Below are positions 46,012 to 55,758 of a stretch of 64,000 nt of DNA, piece after piece. The notes beneath the pieces were generated by a model. That model was not told the DNA's origin, searched no databases, and worked only from the letters and a program-made list of their open reading frames with translations. Every line of letters starts with the position of its first letter. The first letter of the stretch is position 1. The stretch lies in NCBI GenBank assembly GCA_963702905.1, contig OY969769.1, forward strand, positions 17,533-81,532, written 5' to 3'. Origin of the DNA: an uncultured Solirubrobacterales bacterium (GTDB taxonomy: Bacteria > Actinomycetota > Thermoleophilia > Solirubrobacterales > Solirubrobacteraceae). A program made the translations under genes and the position numbers.

Positions 46012-47358
46012 ATGAGTCCTGCCGTATCGGTCCGGCTGCTGCTCACCCAGAGCGACGCCCGTCTGGTGGCGTTTGCGCGCTCCGGCCACGAGCGCGCGTT
46101 CGAGGCGCTTTTGCAGCGCTATCGCCGCCCGCTTCACAACTACTGCCGCCGCCTCCTGCTCTCCGACGAGCGCGCCGAGGATGCGCTACAACAGGCGCTC
46201 CTGCAAGCCTGGCTGGCTCTCCGCGCCGGCACGGAGGTGGGGGATGTGAAGCCGTGGCTCTACCGCATCGTCCACAACGCGGCGGTGAACGCGCTGAGGG
46301 TGTCGGGTTACGACTACTGCAAGCTCAACGAGAGCCTCACCGGCGCCGGCGCACCCCAGGAGGACCTGGACCGAAGGATCGCCGTGCGCGAGGCGCTCGC
46401 GGGACTGGCGGCGCTCCCGGAGATGCAGCGCGAGGCGCTGTTGCGCACGGCCGTCGAGGGACGCACTCATCAACAGGTGGCGCGCGACCTTGGCCTGAGC
46501 GAGAACGCCCTGCGGGGGCTAGTGTACCGCGCACGCTCCACGCTGCGCGCGGCGGCCGGCGCGATCACCCCCTCACCACTGGTGAGCTGGGCGCTCGGCG
46601 CCACCCGTGGCACACCGGTGGTGGAGCGCCTTGCCGAGCTTGGTGCGGGCGGCGGCTCGGCGGGCCTTGCCGGCCTACTGATGAAGGGAGGCGCGGTGGC
46701 GGTCACCGCGAGTGTGCTCGCCGGGGGCATCGTCACCGGCCATCGCCACCACCCCAAAGCCACCGCGAAGCGGACCGCCGCGCACGCGTCACGCTCGACC
46801 GTCGCTCCGGTCGCAGTCGCCTCGGCTCACCCGGCGCGCTGGACGGCCCCCGCCGGCACGTCCGAACATGGCGGCTCCTCCTACGCACGACACACCGCCT
46901 CTCACGCCTCCCACTTCACGCGCCGTCCACACCATCGGGAGCGATGGCACGTGACGCCCTCTCCGACCCCGCCGAACAACATCTGGTCGGACCATCCACA
47001 TCGCGACGGTGGCGATACGCACCGGGCGGGCTCGAAAGACGGCACTGAAACCGGTGGAGACGTTACACACCACCGCGACACCTCCGGCGGCGGCGGAGAC
47101 AGCCACGGCAGCAAAGACGGCGGCTTGTCGGCGGCGAGCGGCGAATCGCGCGAGGGCACGAGCAGTTCCTCGACCGGCGAACACGACGGCGAACGCTCAG
47201 GTGACCGCACCGGAAGCGGCGATCAAGGCTCGACGGGCAGCCACGACGGGTCGAAGGCTGCTCAGACCAACACAGACAGCAGTGGGTCGCAAGCCACGAG
47301 TGAATCGTCCAAAGAGGGACAAACCACCACCACCGAAGAAACCGTCAAACACGACTGA
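46012..47358 (+). CDS. ECF sigma factor with TM helix and low-complexity C-terminal extension
   Basis: AEDALQQALLQAW, WLYRIVHN (region 2); LPEMQREALL..HQQVARDLG..LVYRARSTL (region 4). Confidence 0.88.
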   Translation: MSPAVSVRLLLTQSDARLVAFARSGHERAFEALLQRYRRPLHNYCRRLLLSDERAEDALQQALLQAWLALRAGTEVGDVKPWLYRIVHNAAVNALRVSGYDYCKLNESLTGAGAPQEDLDRRIAVREALAGLAALPEMQREALLRTAVEGRTHQQVARDLGLSENALRGLVYRARSTLRAAAGAITPSPLVSWALGATRGTPVVERLAELGAGGGSAGLAGLLMKGGAVAVTASVLAGGIVTGHRHHPKATAKRTAAHASRSTVAPVAVASAHPARWTAPAGTSEHGGSSYARHTASHASHFTRRPHHRERWHVTPSPTPPNNIWSDHPHRDGGDTHRAGSKDGTETGGDVTHHRDTSGGGGDSHGSKDGGLSAASGESREGTSSSSTGEHDGERSGDRTGSGDQGSTGSHDGSKAAQTNTDSSGSQATSESSKEGQTTTTEETVKHD

Positions 47359-47386
47359 GCAAAAGGCGCTCGAGCCGCCGGGTGAC

Positions 47387-48268
<882 letters not shown>

Positions 48269-48343
48269 CGCCAACCATCGTAAACCCTCCACGTCCGCCG
48301 CGGGTGTCACCTTGTAGGACGACCACCTCGACTTGGAGGACAG

Positions 48344-49699
48344 TTGCCCGTACTGCTGCTCATATCCGGCCTCGCCGTCGGCGCCCTGACGGGCGCCGTG
48401 GTCGCCGGCGCGCTCGCCCGCTCCTCACGCGAGCGGATGCGCGAGGAGCTCGATTCCATCTCCGCGGAGGGCCGCGAGCGGATGCGCGACGAGATGAAGG
48501 CCATCTCCGCCGACGTGCTCAAGCAGACCGGCGACTCCCTCGCCCAGCGGCTCGCCGACCAGCGCCGCGCCGAGGAGGAGCGCGCGGCCGGTGAGATGGC
48601 GAAGCGAGCGGAGGAGATCAAGGGGCTCGTGGGTCCCGTCAACGAGAAGCTCGGCCGCGTCGAGAACGAGATCGGTCGTCTCGAGCGTGAGCGCAAGCAG
48701 GCCCAGGGCGAACTCGCGAACATGGTGCGCCAGCTCCACGAGGGCGTGGGCGGGTTGCGCCAGGAGACCGGCAACCTCGTCTCCGCGCTCAAGCGCCCCT
48801 CCACGCGCGGCTCGTGGGGGGAGATCCAGTTGCGCAACGTCATCGAGATGGCCGGCATGATCGAGCACTGCGACTTCCTCGAGCAGAGCACGATCCGCTC
48901 CGAGGACGGCACGCTACGCCCGGATGTGCTCGTGAAGCTGCCGGGCGAGAAGGTGATCGTGGTCGACTCCAAGGTCCCCCTTGATGCCTACCTTGCCCAC
49001 CTGGAGGCCCAAACCGACGCCGAGCGCGACGCCGAGATCGCACGTCATGCCAGGCAAACCCGCGACCACATCACCAAGCTCGCCTCCAAGGGCTACCAGA
49101 ACCAGTTCGACACCACCCCCGACCTCGTCGTGATGTTCGTCCCCTCCGAGGGCATCTACCACGCTGCTCTGGCAGAGGACCCCGGCTTGATCGAGTACGG
49201 GGTCCACCAACAGGTCCTGATGGCCACCCCCACAACGCTCATCGGGTTGCTACGCGCGGTCCACTACGGCTGGCGCCAGGAGCTGATCGCCGAATCGGCG
49301 CGCGAGATCGCGGAGTCCGCGCGCGAGCTGCACCGGCGCCTCGCCCGCTTTGTGGACCCGCTCGCCAAGGTCGGCCGGCAACTCGGCTCCGCCGTCTCCG
49401 CCTACAACGAAGCCATCGGCTCGTTCGACAGCCGCGTGATGCCTCAGTTGCGCCGCGTCGAGGACGCGGGCGCCAAGTCCGAGCGCGAGCTGACATCCCC
49501 CGCCGCGGTCGAGGCCAATCCGCGCTCGCTCGCCTCACAAGCCTCGGCGCTCGAGGAGATGCCCGACATGGAGCCCATCCTCAAGAGGATCAGCAGCGCC
49601 GCCGCCACCGGCACGGTCGCCGGCAACTCTTCGACAGAGAAGAACAGCGCGTCGAACGACACCGCCAGCAGCGCAACCAGCAACGCTCCCCTGAACTGA
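48344..49699 (+). CDS. rmuC: DNA recombination protein RmuC
   Basis: RGSWGEIQL, RPD..VKLPG..IVVDSKVP, MFVPSEG, ATPTTL. Confidence 0.9.
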   Translation: MPVLLLISGLAVGALTGAVVAGALARSSRERMREELDSISAEGRERMRDEMKAISADVLKQTGDSLAQRLADQRRAEEERAAGEMAKRAEEIKGLVGPVNEKLGRVENEIGRLERERKQAQGELANMVRQLHEGVGGLRQETGNLVSALKRPSTRGSWGEIQLRNVIEMAGMIEHCDFLEQSTIRSEDGTLRPDVLVKLPGEKVIVVDSKVPLDAYLAHLEAQTDAERDAEIARHARQTRDHITKLASKGYQNQFDTTPDLVVMFVPSEGIYHAALAEDPGLIEYGVHQQVLMATPTTLIGLLRAVHYGWRQELIAESAREIAESARELHRRLARFVDPLAKVGRQLGSAVSAYNEAIGSFDSRVMPQLRRVEDAGAKSERELTSPAAVEANPRSLASQASALEEMPDMEPILKRISSAAATGTVAGNSSTEKNSASNDTASSATSNAPLN

Positions 49700-50340
49700 C
49701 GCGCCCGGTCGCCTGTCATAGCGAGCAGTCCCCCGAGCACTCCCGCAACGAACAGGTCGCCGTAGCCCATCGCGGCACTACCCCACACCTCAGCCTGGAG
49801 ACGTGGAAGCCCTGCAACGGGATGCGCGGCGTTGAGGGCGTTGTTCGGCTGTTGCAGCAGGTCGGAGACCACGAGCGCGGCGTCGACGATCGCCATCGCC
49901 ACGATTCCCAGCGCCAGCCACCGCGCGGGCGTGACACCCGCGATCAGCGCCCCGAGCGCCACACAGCTGAGCGCCGACAGCGCCACCGCCGCGCCCTCCC
50001 CCGCGAGCCCGCCGCGGTCGGCCCACGCCAGCGCGAACATGGGCGCTACGAGCAGCGCAAGGGCGGGTCGTGCTCGTCCGGCCGGCCACACGATCCCGCC
50101 GAGCGCGAGCGCCGCGAGCAGGGGCACGCCCACGAGCGCGATATATGTGAGCGCCTGCGCATTCCCCTCCTCAGCGATTCCACCAACCACCACGAACCCG
50201 ATCACCGAGACCGCCGGGACCAGCGCCCAAAGGGGGCTGCGCAGACGGGCCAGCCTGCCCGGAGACCATGCGCGGGGGAGCCACACCACCACACCCTGGC
50301 AGAGCGAGAGCGACCCGATTGACACCCAAAATGGCAGCAT
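49444..50340 (-). CDS. Polytopic membrane protein with presenilin/SPP-like GxGD motifs
   Basis: About 8-9 hydrophobic segments; AIVD, MGYGDLF, LPATVP. Confidence 0.65.
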   Translation of the reverse strand: MLPFWVSIGSLSLCQGVVVWLPRAWSPGRLARLRSPLWALVPAVSVIGFVVVGGIAEEGNAQALTYIALVGVPLLAALALGGIVWPAGRARPALALLVAPMFALAWADRGGLAGEGAAVALSALSCVALGALIAGVTPARWLALGIVAMAIVDAALVVSDLLQQPNNALNAAHPVAGLPRLQAEVWGSAAMGYGDLFVAGVLGGLLAMTGDRARQFRGALLVALLAVSFDALFFSVEELPATVPVAAALLILLRMGSMSGISSSAEACEASERGLASTAAGDVSSRSDLAPASSTRRN

Positions 50341-50359
50341 CCAGTCAAAATAGAGCCAC

Positions 50360-51370
50360 ATGACGCGTTGGGACTGGACATGGGAGGAGCGCTCCCACAA
50401 GAGCGACACCCCCACGGTCGAGCCGGATCCCCCCATTGACGAGCACGAGACACTGACCTTGGAGGGCGGGAATGGCGGCAACGGAGTAGGTGAGCCGAAC
50501 GCCCACGATCAAGTATTCCGCCGCCGCCGCATAGGCGCGGGAGTCGGGTTGCTTGCAGTCGTGGCGCTCATAGCTCTTGCAGTCGGATCCAAAGGCGACT
50601 CCAAGCACGCGCCTGCTGTCGCCGCCAAGAGCCATGTCGCAAAGCTCTCGCCAAGCGCTGCCCAACTTGCCGCCACGGTGGCCAAGGAAGAACAGAAAGC
50701 CGTCGAATCCGTGCTCGCCTATACCCCATTCGTGCGAAGCGGCGGACCAACCGGCAACGAGGTGGCGCTCACCTTCGACGATGGCCCCGGTCCTTACACG
50801 CAGCAGCTCGTGGCGACGCTCAACCGGCTCCACGTCCACGCGACCTTCTTCGCCATCGGCTCACAGGAGCAGTACTTCTCCGCGGGCACTGTCGACGAGG
50901 TGAACTCGGGCGATGCGATCGGAGACCACACCGAGACCCACCCGATGATGGCCAAGCTCTCCCCCCATGACCAGTACGAACAGCTCTTCGACCAGATGGC
51001 CCAGATCGAGGTGCTCGGGGGCAAGCGACCACGCCTCTTCCGCCCCCCCTACGGGTCGTTCAACGCCACAACCTTCCGCGAGCTCCACCACCTGCACCTG
51101 TTGATGGTGTTGTGGTCGGTCGACACCGGCGACTACACGCTTCCCGGCTCGGCGACAATCGCGCAGCGCGCCCTGGAAGGAGCCAAACCCGGCGCGATCA
51201 TCCTCATGCACGACGGGGGTGGCAACCGCTCGGAGACGATCGCCGCGCTCCCGGCGATCGTGAAAGGCTTGCGCAAGCAAGGCCTGCACCCCGTCACGGT
51301 TCCACGCCTCCTGCGCGACGACCCCCCACCACACGGGCTGCCGCTGCCCACTAGCCTCGCAGGTGACTGA
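50360..51370 (+). CDS. Membrane-anchored polysaccharide deacetylase (NodB)
   Basis: TFDDGP, HTETH, FRPPYG, LWSVD, ILMHD. Confidence 0.92.
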   Translation: MTRWDWTWEERSHKSDTPTVEPDPPIDEHETLTLEGGNGGNGVGEPNAHDQVFRRRRIGAGVGLLAVVALIALAVGSKGDSKHAPAVAAKSHVAKLSPSAAQLAATVAKEEQKAVESVLAYTPFVRSGGPTGNEVALTFDDGPGPYTQQLVATLNRLHVHATFFAIGSQEQYFSAGTVDEVNSGDAIGDHTETHPMMAKLSPHDQYEQLFDQMAQIEVLGGKRPRLFRPPYGSFNATTFRELHHLHLLMVLWSVDTGDYTLPGSATIAQRALEGAKPGAIILMHDGGGNRSETIAALPAIVKGLRKQGLHPVTVPRLLRDDPPPHGLPLPTSLAGD

Positions 51371-52647
51371 TGAGCGCACAAGCACTAAAGGCCCCGCCGA
51401 TCCTGCACCTCTCAACACTGGTGGGGCGCCCGCTGCGTGACTCCGACGGCGAGCGTCTCGGCAGGGTCGAGGACGCGATCGTCCGACTCGGCGGCGTCGG
51501 CTACCCCCCGATAACGGGCTTCCTGGTGAAGGTCGCCGGGCGCACGTCGTATCTCGGCATCGACCGCGTCTCGCGCATCGGCGATGACGGCGTGGTGTTG
51601 CGCAAGGCGAAGCTCGACCTGCGCCGCTTCGAGCGCCGCGAGGAGGAGGTGCTGCTCAAGCGCGATGTGCTCGACCGCCAGCTCATCAACGTCGAGGGCG
51701 CCCGCCTCGTGCGCGCGAACGAGATCGAGCTCGCCGACATCGCAGGCTCCTGGCGGGTCGTGGGCGTAGACACCGGCCCCCGCGGAGGCCTGCGACGGCT
51801 GCTCCCCAAGCCGCTCGGCCACCGCATCGCCACCGGCGACTTCCTTGACTGGGCAAGCGTCGAGCCGTTCGTCGGGCACGTCCCCACCGTGCGCCTCAGC
51901 GTCCCCCACCCCAAGCTCGCAAAGCTCCACCCCGCGCAGATAGCCGACCTCGTGGAGGCCGCGTCTCGACGCGAGGGCGAGGAGATCATCCAGGCGGTGG
52001 GCGAGGACGACCGCGAGCTGGAGGCTGACGTGTTCGAGGAGCTCGACGACCACCACCAGCGCGAGTTCCTCGAGGACCGCCCCGACGTCCAGGTGGCAGA
52101 GATACTGACCCGCATGGCCCCCGACGACGCCGCCGACGCCGCCGGCGAGCTCGACGAGGACCGCCGCGAAGCTGTGCTCGCGCTGCTCCCGGTCAGCCAC
52201 CGCGTGAAGGTGCGCGGGCTGCTCGGCTACGACCCTGCCGAGGCGGGGGGACTGATGAGCCCGGAGTTCATCTCCCTGAGGCGCACCACCACCGCCGGAG
52301 AGGCCCTCGATGCGGTGCGCCTCTCGAAGATCTCCCCCGAGCTGCTCACCGCCGTGTTCGTCACTGCCCCCGAGGGATCACTCGACGGCAGCGTCCCACT
52401 GGCGGCGCTGCTGCACACCGAGCCCGACCGCCGCCTCAGCACACTCGTCAAGCACGAGCTGCCCTCGCTGCGCACCGACGCCTCCTTTGAAGAGGTCGCC
52501 CGCGTGATGGCCGACTACAACCTCACATGCGTGCCGGTCGTGGACGAGCACAAGCGCATGCTGGGTGTGGTGACCGTGGACGACGTTCTCGAGGCAATGC
52601 TCCCACGTGGCTGGCGACGGCGCTTCGGTCTGCTTGGCGAGGACTGA
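51370..52647 (+). CDS. PRC-barrel + MgtE N-domain + CBS protein (soluble MgtE intracellular module)
   Basis: LHPAQIADL, MAPDDAAD, AGGLM, VPVVD, GVVTVDD; no MgtE TM domain. Confidence 0.88.
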   Translation: MSAQALKAPPILHLSTLVGRPLRDSDGERLGRVEDAIVRLGGVGYPPITGFLVKVAGRTSYLGIDRVSRIGDDGVVLRKAKLDLRRFERREEEVLLKRDVLDRQLINVEGARLVRANEIELADIAGSWRVVGVDTGPRGGLRRLLPKPLGHRIATGDFLDWASVEPFVGHVPTVRLSVPHPKLAKLHPAQIADLVEAASRREGEEIIQAVGEDDRELEADVFEELDDHHQREFLEDRPDVQVAEILTRMAPDDAADAAGELDEDRREAVLALLPVSHRVKVRGLLGYDPAEAGGLMSPEFISLRRTTTAGEALDAVRLSKISPELLTAVFVTAPEGSLDGSVPLAALLHTEPDRRLSTLVKHELPSLRTDASFEEVARVMADYNLTCVPVVDEHKRMLGVVTVDDVLEAMLPRGWRRRFGLLGED

Positions 52648-52736
52648 AATCACGCTCGCAGCACCACGAGGCACACCGCCGCACATAGCTCAGACAACTA
52701 GACTCCTCCCCGTGAACGGCCCGAGCAACCAGTTCG

Positions 52737-54059
52737 ATGGCGGTCCGAGTACCGGCCGTCATTCGCCGCGTCCGATCGGCCACGTTTGGCCGACCGCGGC
52801 TGCCCGCGCGGCTTAACCCGCGTCGCGCCCGCCTGCTCGCACCCGCGTTCGCGCTGCTAGCCCTGCTCGGGCCGGGTTTGATCGCCGCCAACGCCGGCAA
52901 CGACGCGGGCGGCATCGCCACCTACGCCTCCGTCGGCGCCAAGTACGGTTACCAGCTGTTGTGGGTGATGGTGCTCATCACCGTCTCGCTCGCCATCGTG
53001 CAGAAGCTGGCAGCACGCATGGGGGTCGTCACCGGCAAGGGCCTGGCGGAGCTGATCCGCGAGGAGTACGGCATCCGCTGGTCGGTGCTTGCCACCACCG
53101 CAGTACTGGTCGCGAACTTGGGCATCTGTATCTCAGACTTCGTCGGCGTCGGCGCGGCACTCGGCCTGGCGGGCATCCCCGTGCAGATCTCTGTGCCGAT
53201 CGCCGCCTTGGGCATCTGGACGATCATCGTGCGGGGCTCCTACCGCTCCGCCGAGCGCACATTCATCTGGCTCACCATCCCCTTCTTCGCCTACCCGATA
53301 GCGGCTATCTTGGCGCACCCCGACTGGGGCGAAGTGGGCAAGGCGATCATCTCCCCGGAAATCCAAACCGGCTCCACCTACCTACTTCTCGTGATCGCCA
53401 CCGCCGGGACCACAATCACCCCCTACATGCAGCTCTACCTGCAGTCGGCGGTGGTGGAGCGTGGCGCACGTGAGGAGGACCTCCCCCATGAGGAACGCGA
53501 GGCGGTTGCGGGCGCGATCTTCGCCAACCTCATCGCCGGGTTCATCATCATCGCCACAGGCGCCACCCTGTTCAAGCACGGCATCCACGAAGTGGGCTCC
53601 GCCGCCGGCGCCGCCCGCGCGTTGAGCCCGTTCGCGGGCTCCTACGCGGAGGTCCTGTTCGGGGTGGGCCTGCTCGGCGCGAGCCTGCTCGCCTGCGCAA
53701 TCCTGCCGATCGCCACCTCCTATGTCGTCTCAGAGTCGCTCGGCTATGAGAAGGGCATCGGCCGCCGTCGCGAGGAGGCGCCGGTGTTCGTGTCGATCAT
53801 CACCGCGATGATCGCGATTGGGGCCCTCGTGGCGATGATCCCCGGCGTCCCCGTCATCTCGCTGCTTGTGGGAGTACAGGTGGTGAACGGGCTGCTGCTC
53901 CCCATCAACCTGTTTTTCATCTGGCGCCTCTCGCGCTCTCGTCGTGTCATGGGCGAGCGACGCAACCGCGGCGTGCTCGACGGCGTCGCGGGCATCACCG
54001 TCGCAGTCACCTCCACGCTCTCACTCGTGCTCGTGGCGGTCACCGTATTCGGGTTGTAA
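52737..54059 (+). CDS. NRAMP-family transporter, NRMT (Mg2+)-type
   Basis: GPGLIAANAGNDAGGIATY instead of DPGN; GTTITPY. Confidence 0.88.
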   Translation: MAVRVPAVIRRVRSATFGRPRLPARLNPRRARLLAPAFALLALLGPGLIAANAGNDAGGIATYASVGAKYGYQLLWVMVLITVSLAIVQKLAARMGVVTGKGLAELIREEYGIRWSVLATTAVLVANLGICISDFVGVGAALGLAGIPVQISVPIAALGIWTIIVRGSYRSAERTFIWLTIPFFAYPIAAILAHPDWGEVGKAIISPEIQTGSTYLLLVIATAGTTITPYMQLYLQSAVVERGAREEDLPHEEREAVAGAIFANLIAGFIIIATGATLFKHGIHEVGSAAGAARALSPFAGSYAEVLFGVGLLGASLLACAILPIATSYVVSESLGYEKGIGRRREEAPVFVSIITAMIAIGALVAMIPGVPVISLLVGVQVVNGLLLPINLFFIWRLSRSRRVMGERRNRGVLDGVAGITVAVTSTLSLVLVAVTVFGL

Positions 54060-54148
54060 CAAGCGCGTACGGCAAGCTCAACGCCATCGCCGTCTGCGCC
54101 GTCCTTTGGCGACGCGCGCATGGGCTCCACGCAGCCGGCCTTGCTCTA

Positions 54149-55114
54149 CTAACCCGCCTCGCTGCACAACAGCGACGCGCCCAGCGCACCGCCGAGATCG
54201 CCGAGCGCGGCAAGACGCAGCGCCGGCGGATTGTCATCTTTGAAGAGATGCGGCTTCATCGCCACCGCTATCCGCTCGAGCATCGACTCGCCGAAACGTG
54301 TTCCCAGTCCACCGCCTATCAGCACGAGCTCCACGTCGAGCAGGTTCACGGCCGAGGCTATTCCCGTACCCAACGCCTGCACCGCTCGCTCGATGAGCCG
54401 GTGCGCAAGTTTGTCTTTGTGCGCCAACGCGTGTGCCCACACCCCGCTCGAGAGCGTGTCGCGTTTGCGCTCTCGCATGATCTCGAACAGGTCTGTGTGG
54501 TGGCCCTTCTCCACCAGCCGCCTCGCCTTGGCTTCCATCGCGCGGCGTCCCGCATACGCCTCCATGCACCCGCGCCGGCCGCACAGGCAACGCGCTCCTC
54601 CCTGCTTGACCACCATGTGACCTATCTCCCCCGCTCCGCCGCGACCGTGCCACAGCTTGCCGTCGAGCGCAACGCCGCCGCCCACGCCGGTTCCCCAGAA
54701 AACGCCCAGCAGAGAGCCCGCACCCCTCCCTGCGCCTAGCAGCAGCTCGGCGTTCGCCGCCACCGACACGTCGTTGCCGAGCCTAGCCCCCACCCCAAGG
54801 CGCTCGGAGAGCAACGCCGCCAGCGGCACCGGACGCTCCCATTCGGAGAGGTTCGTGGCGCGCGCGAGCGTGCCCGCTTCGACATCAACGTCACCGGGAA
54901 CACCCACCCCGATCCCGTCGAGATGGCCCACCTCTATGCCTGCGGCGACTGCGGCCTCGGTGAGGCAGGCGACGAGCGCATCCACCACCGCGGGCGGCCC
55001 GCCCTCGCGCGGGGTCAGCCTGCGGGCCTCGCCCTGCACGCTGTGGTCCTCACCCCGCGTCACGATCGCCTGGATCTTGGTGCCCCCGAGGTCGATGCCG
55101 CCATAGATCGCCAT
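54149..55114 (-). CDS. ROK family sugar kinase
   Basis: GIDLGGTK, GNDV, GTGVGGG, GEIGH, CLCGRRGCME. Confidence 0.92.
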   Translation of the reverse strand: MAIYGGIDLGGTKIQAIVTRGEDHSVQGEARRLTPREGGPPAVVDALVACLTEAAVAAGIEVGHLDGIGVGVPGDVDVEAGTLARATNLSEWERPVPLAALLSERLGVGARLGNDVSVAANAELLLGAGRGAGSLLGVFWGTGVGGGVALDGKLWHGRGGAGEIGHMVVKQGGARCLCGRRGCMEAYAGRRAMEAKARRLVEKGHHTDLFEIMRERKRDTLSSGVWAHALAHKDKLAHRLIERAVQALGTGIASAVNLLDVELVLIGGGLGTRFGESMLERIAVAMKPHLFKDDNPPALRLAALGDLGGALGASLLCSEAG

Positions 55115-55260
55115 TTGCGCGCTGATGATCGCAGACCGTGCCCCGCCATCCAGACGAGCGTCCGCAGACCTGACCGAGCCTGTCGTGCGCAGACCGGGGA
55201 CGGTTGGTATGTGAACGTGACAGAGTTCGCTTGCAATCAGATCACCGGAAGAGGAGTTCG

Positions 55261-55749
55261 ATGCCCAACAAGACACACACGCTCCGTACACCCACGGCCG
55301 CGGTACTCGCCACGCTCGCGCTCGCGAGCTTTGGGCTCGCCGCCTGCGGAGAATCGTCCGGAGGGAGCTCGTCGCAGACCAGTGCCGCGGCGAAGAACGC
55401 GCTTGAGCAGATCGCCAAAGCGAAGAGTGCTCCATCGACGACAACGACGACCCCCCAGCCCAGCACGGCGAGCACTCCGTCGGCGAGCACCAAGACGCCT
55501 CAGTCGGGCAAGAGCAACAGTGCCCCTTCAGGTAGCGCCCAATCACGGCAAGCGGCCGGCATGTCACGCTTCAAGCAGGCGCTTGAAAAGTTCACCGCCT
55601 GCCTGCATCAGAATGGCGTCCCGGTCACCAAGGGCTCTAACAAGGGCCTTCTCGGTCTGCAAGGTCTCGACAGATCGAGTCCCAACTTCAAGAGCGCCGC
55701 GCTGAAGTGCCGCGGCTTGCTCACCACCGCGCTTCGCGGGGCAGGCTGA
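55261..55749 (+). CDS. Lipoprotein
   Basis: LAA-C lipobox; Ser/Thr linker; C-terminal CLHQNG...C pair; AGGAG RBS. Confidence 0.75.
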   Translation: MPNKTHTLRTPTAAVLATLALASFGLAACGESSGGSSSQTSAAAKNALEQIAKAKSAPSTTTTTPQPSTASTPSASTKTPQSGKSNSAPSGSAQSRQAAGMSRFKQALEKFTACLHQNGVPVTKGSNKGLLGLQGLDRSSPNFKSAALKCRGLLTTALRGAG

Positions 55750-55758
55750 GCCGGCGGC

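Noticed and set aside
51370-54059. MgtE-N/CBS plus NRAMP pair as a novel system
   Set aside because: Matches the known NRMT-type magnesium uptake arrangement
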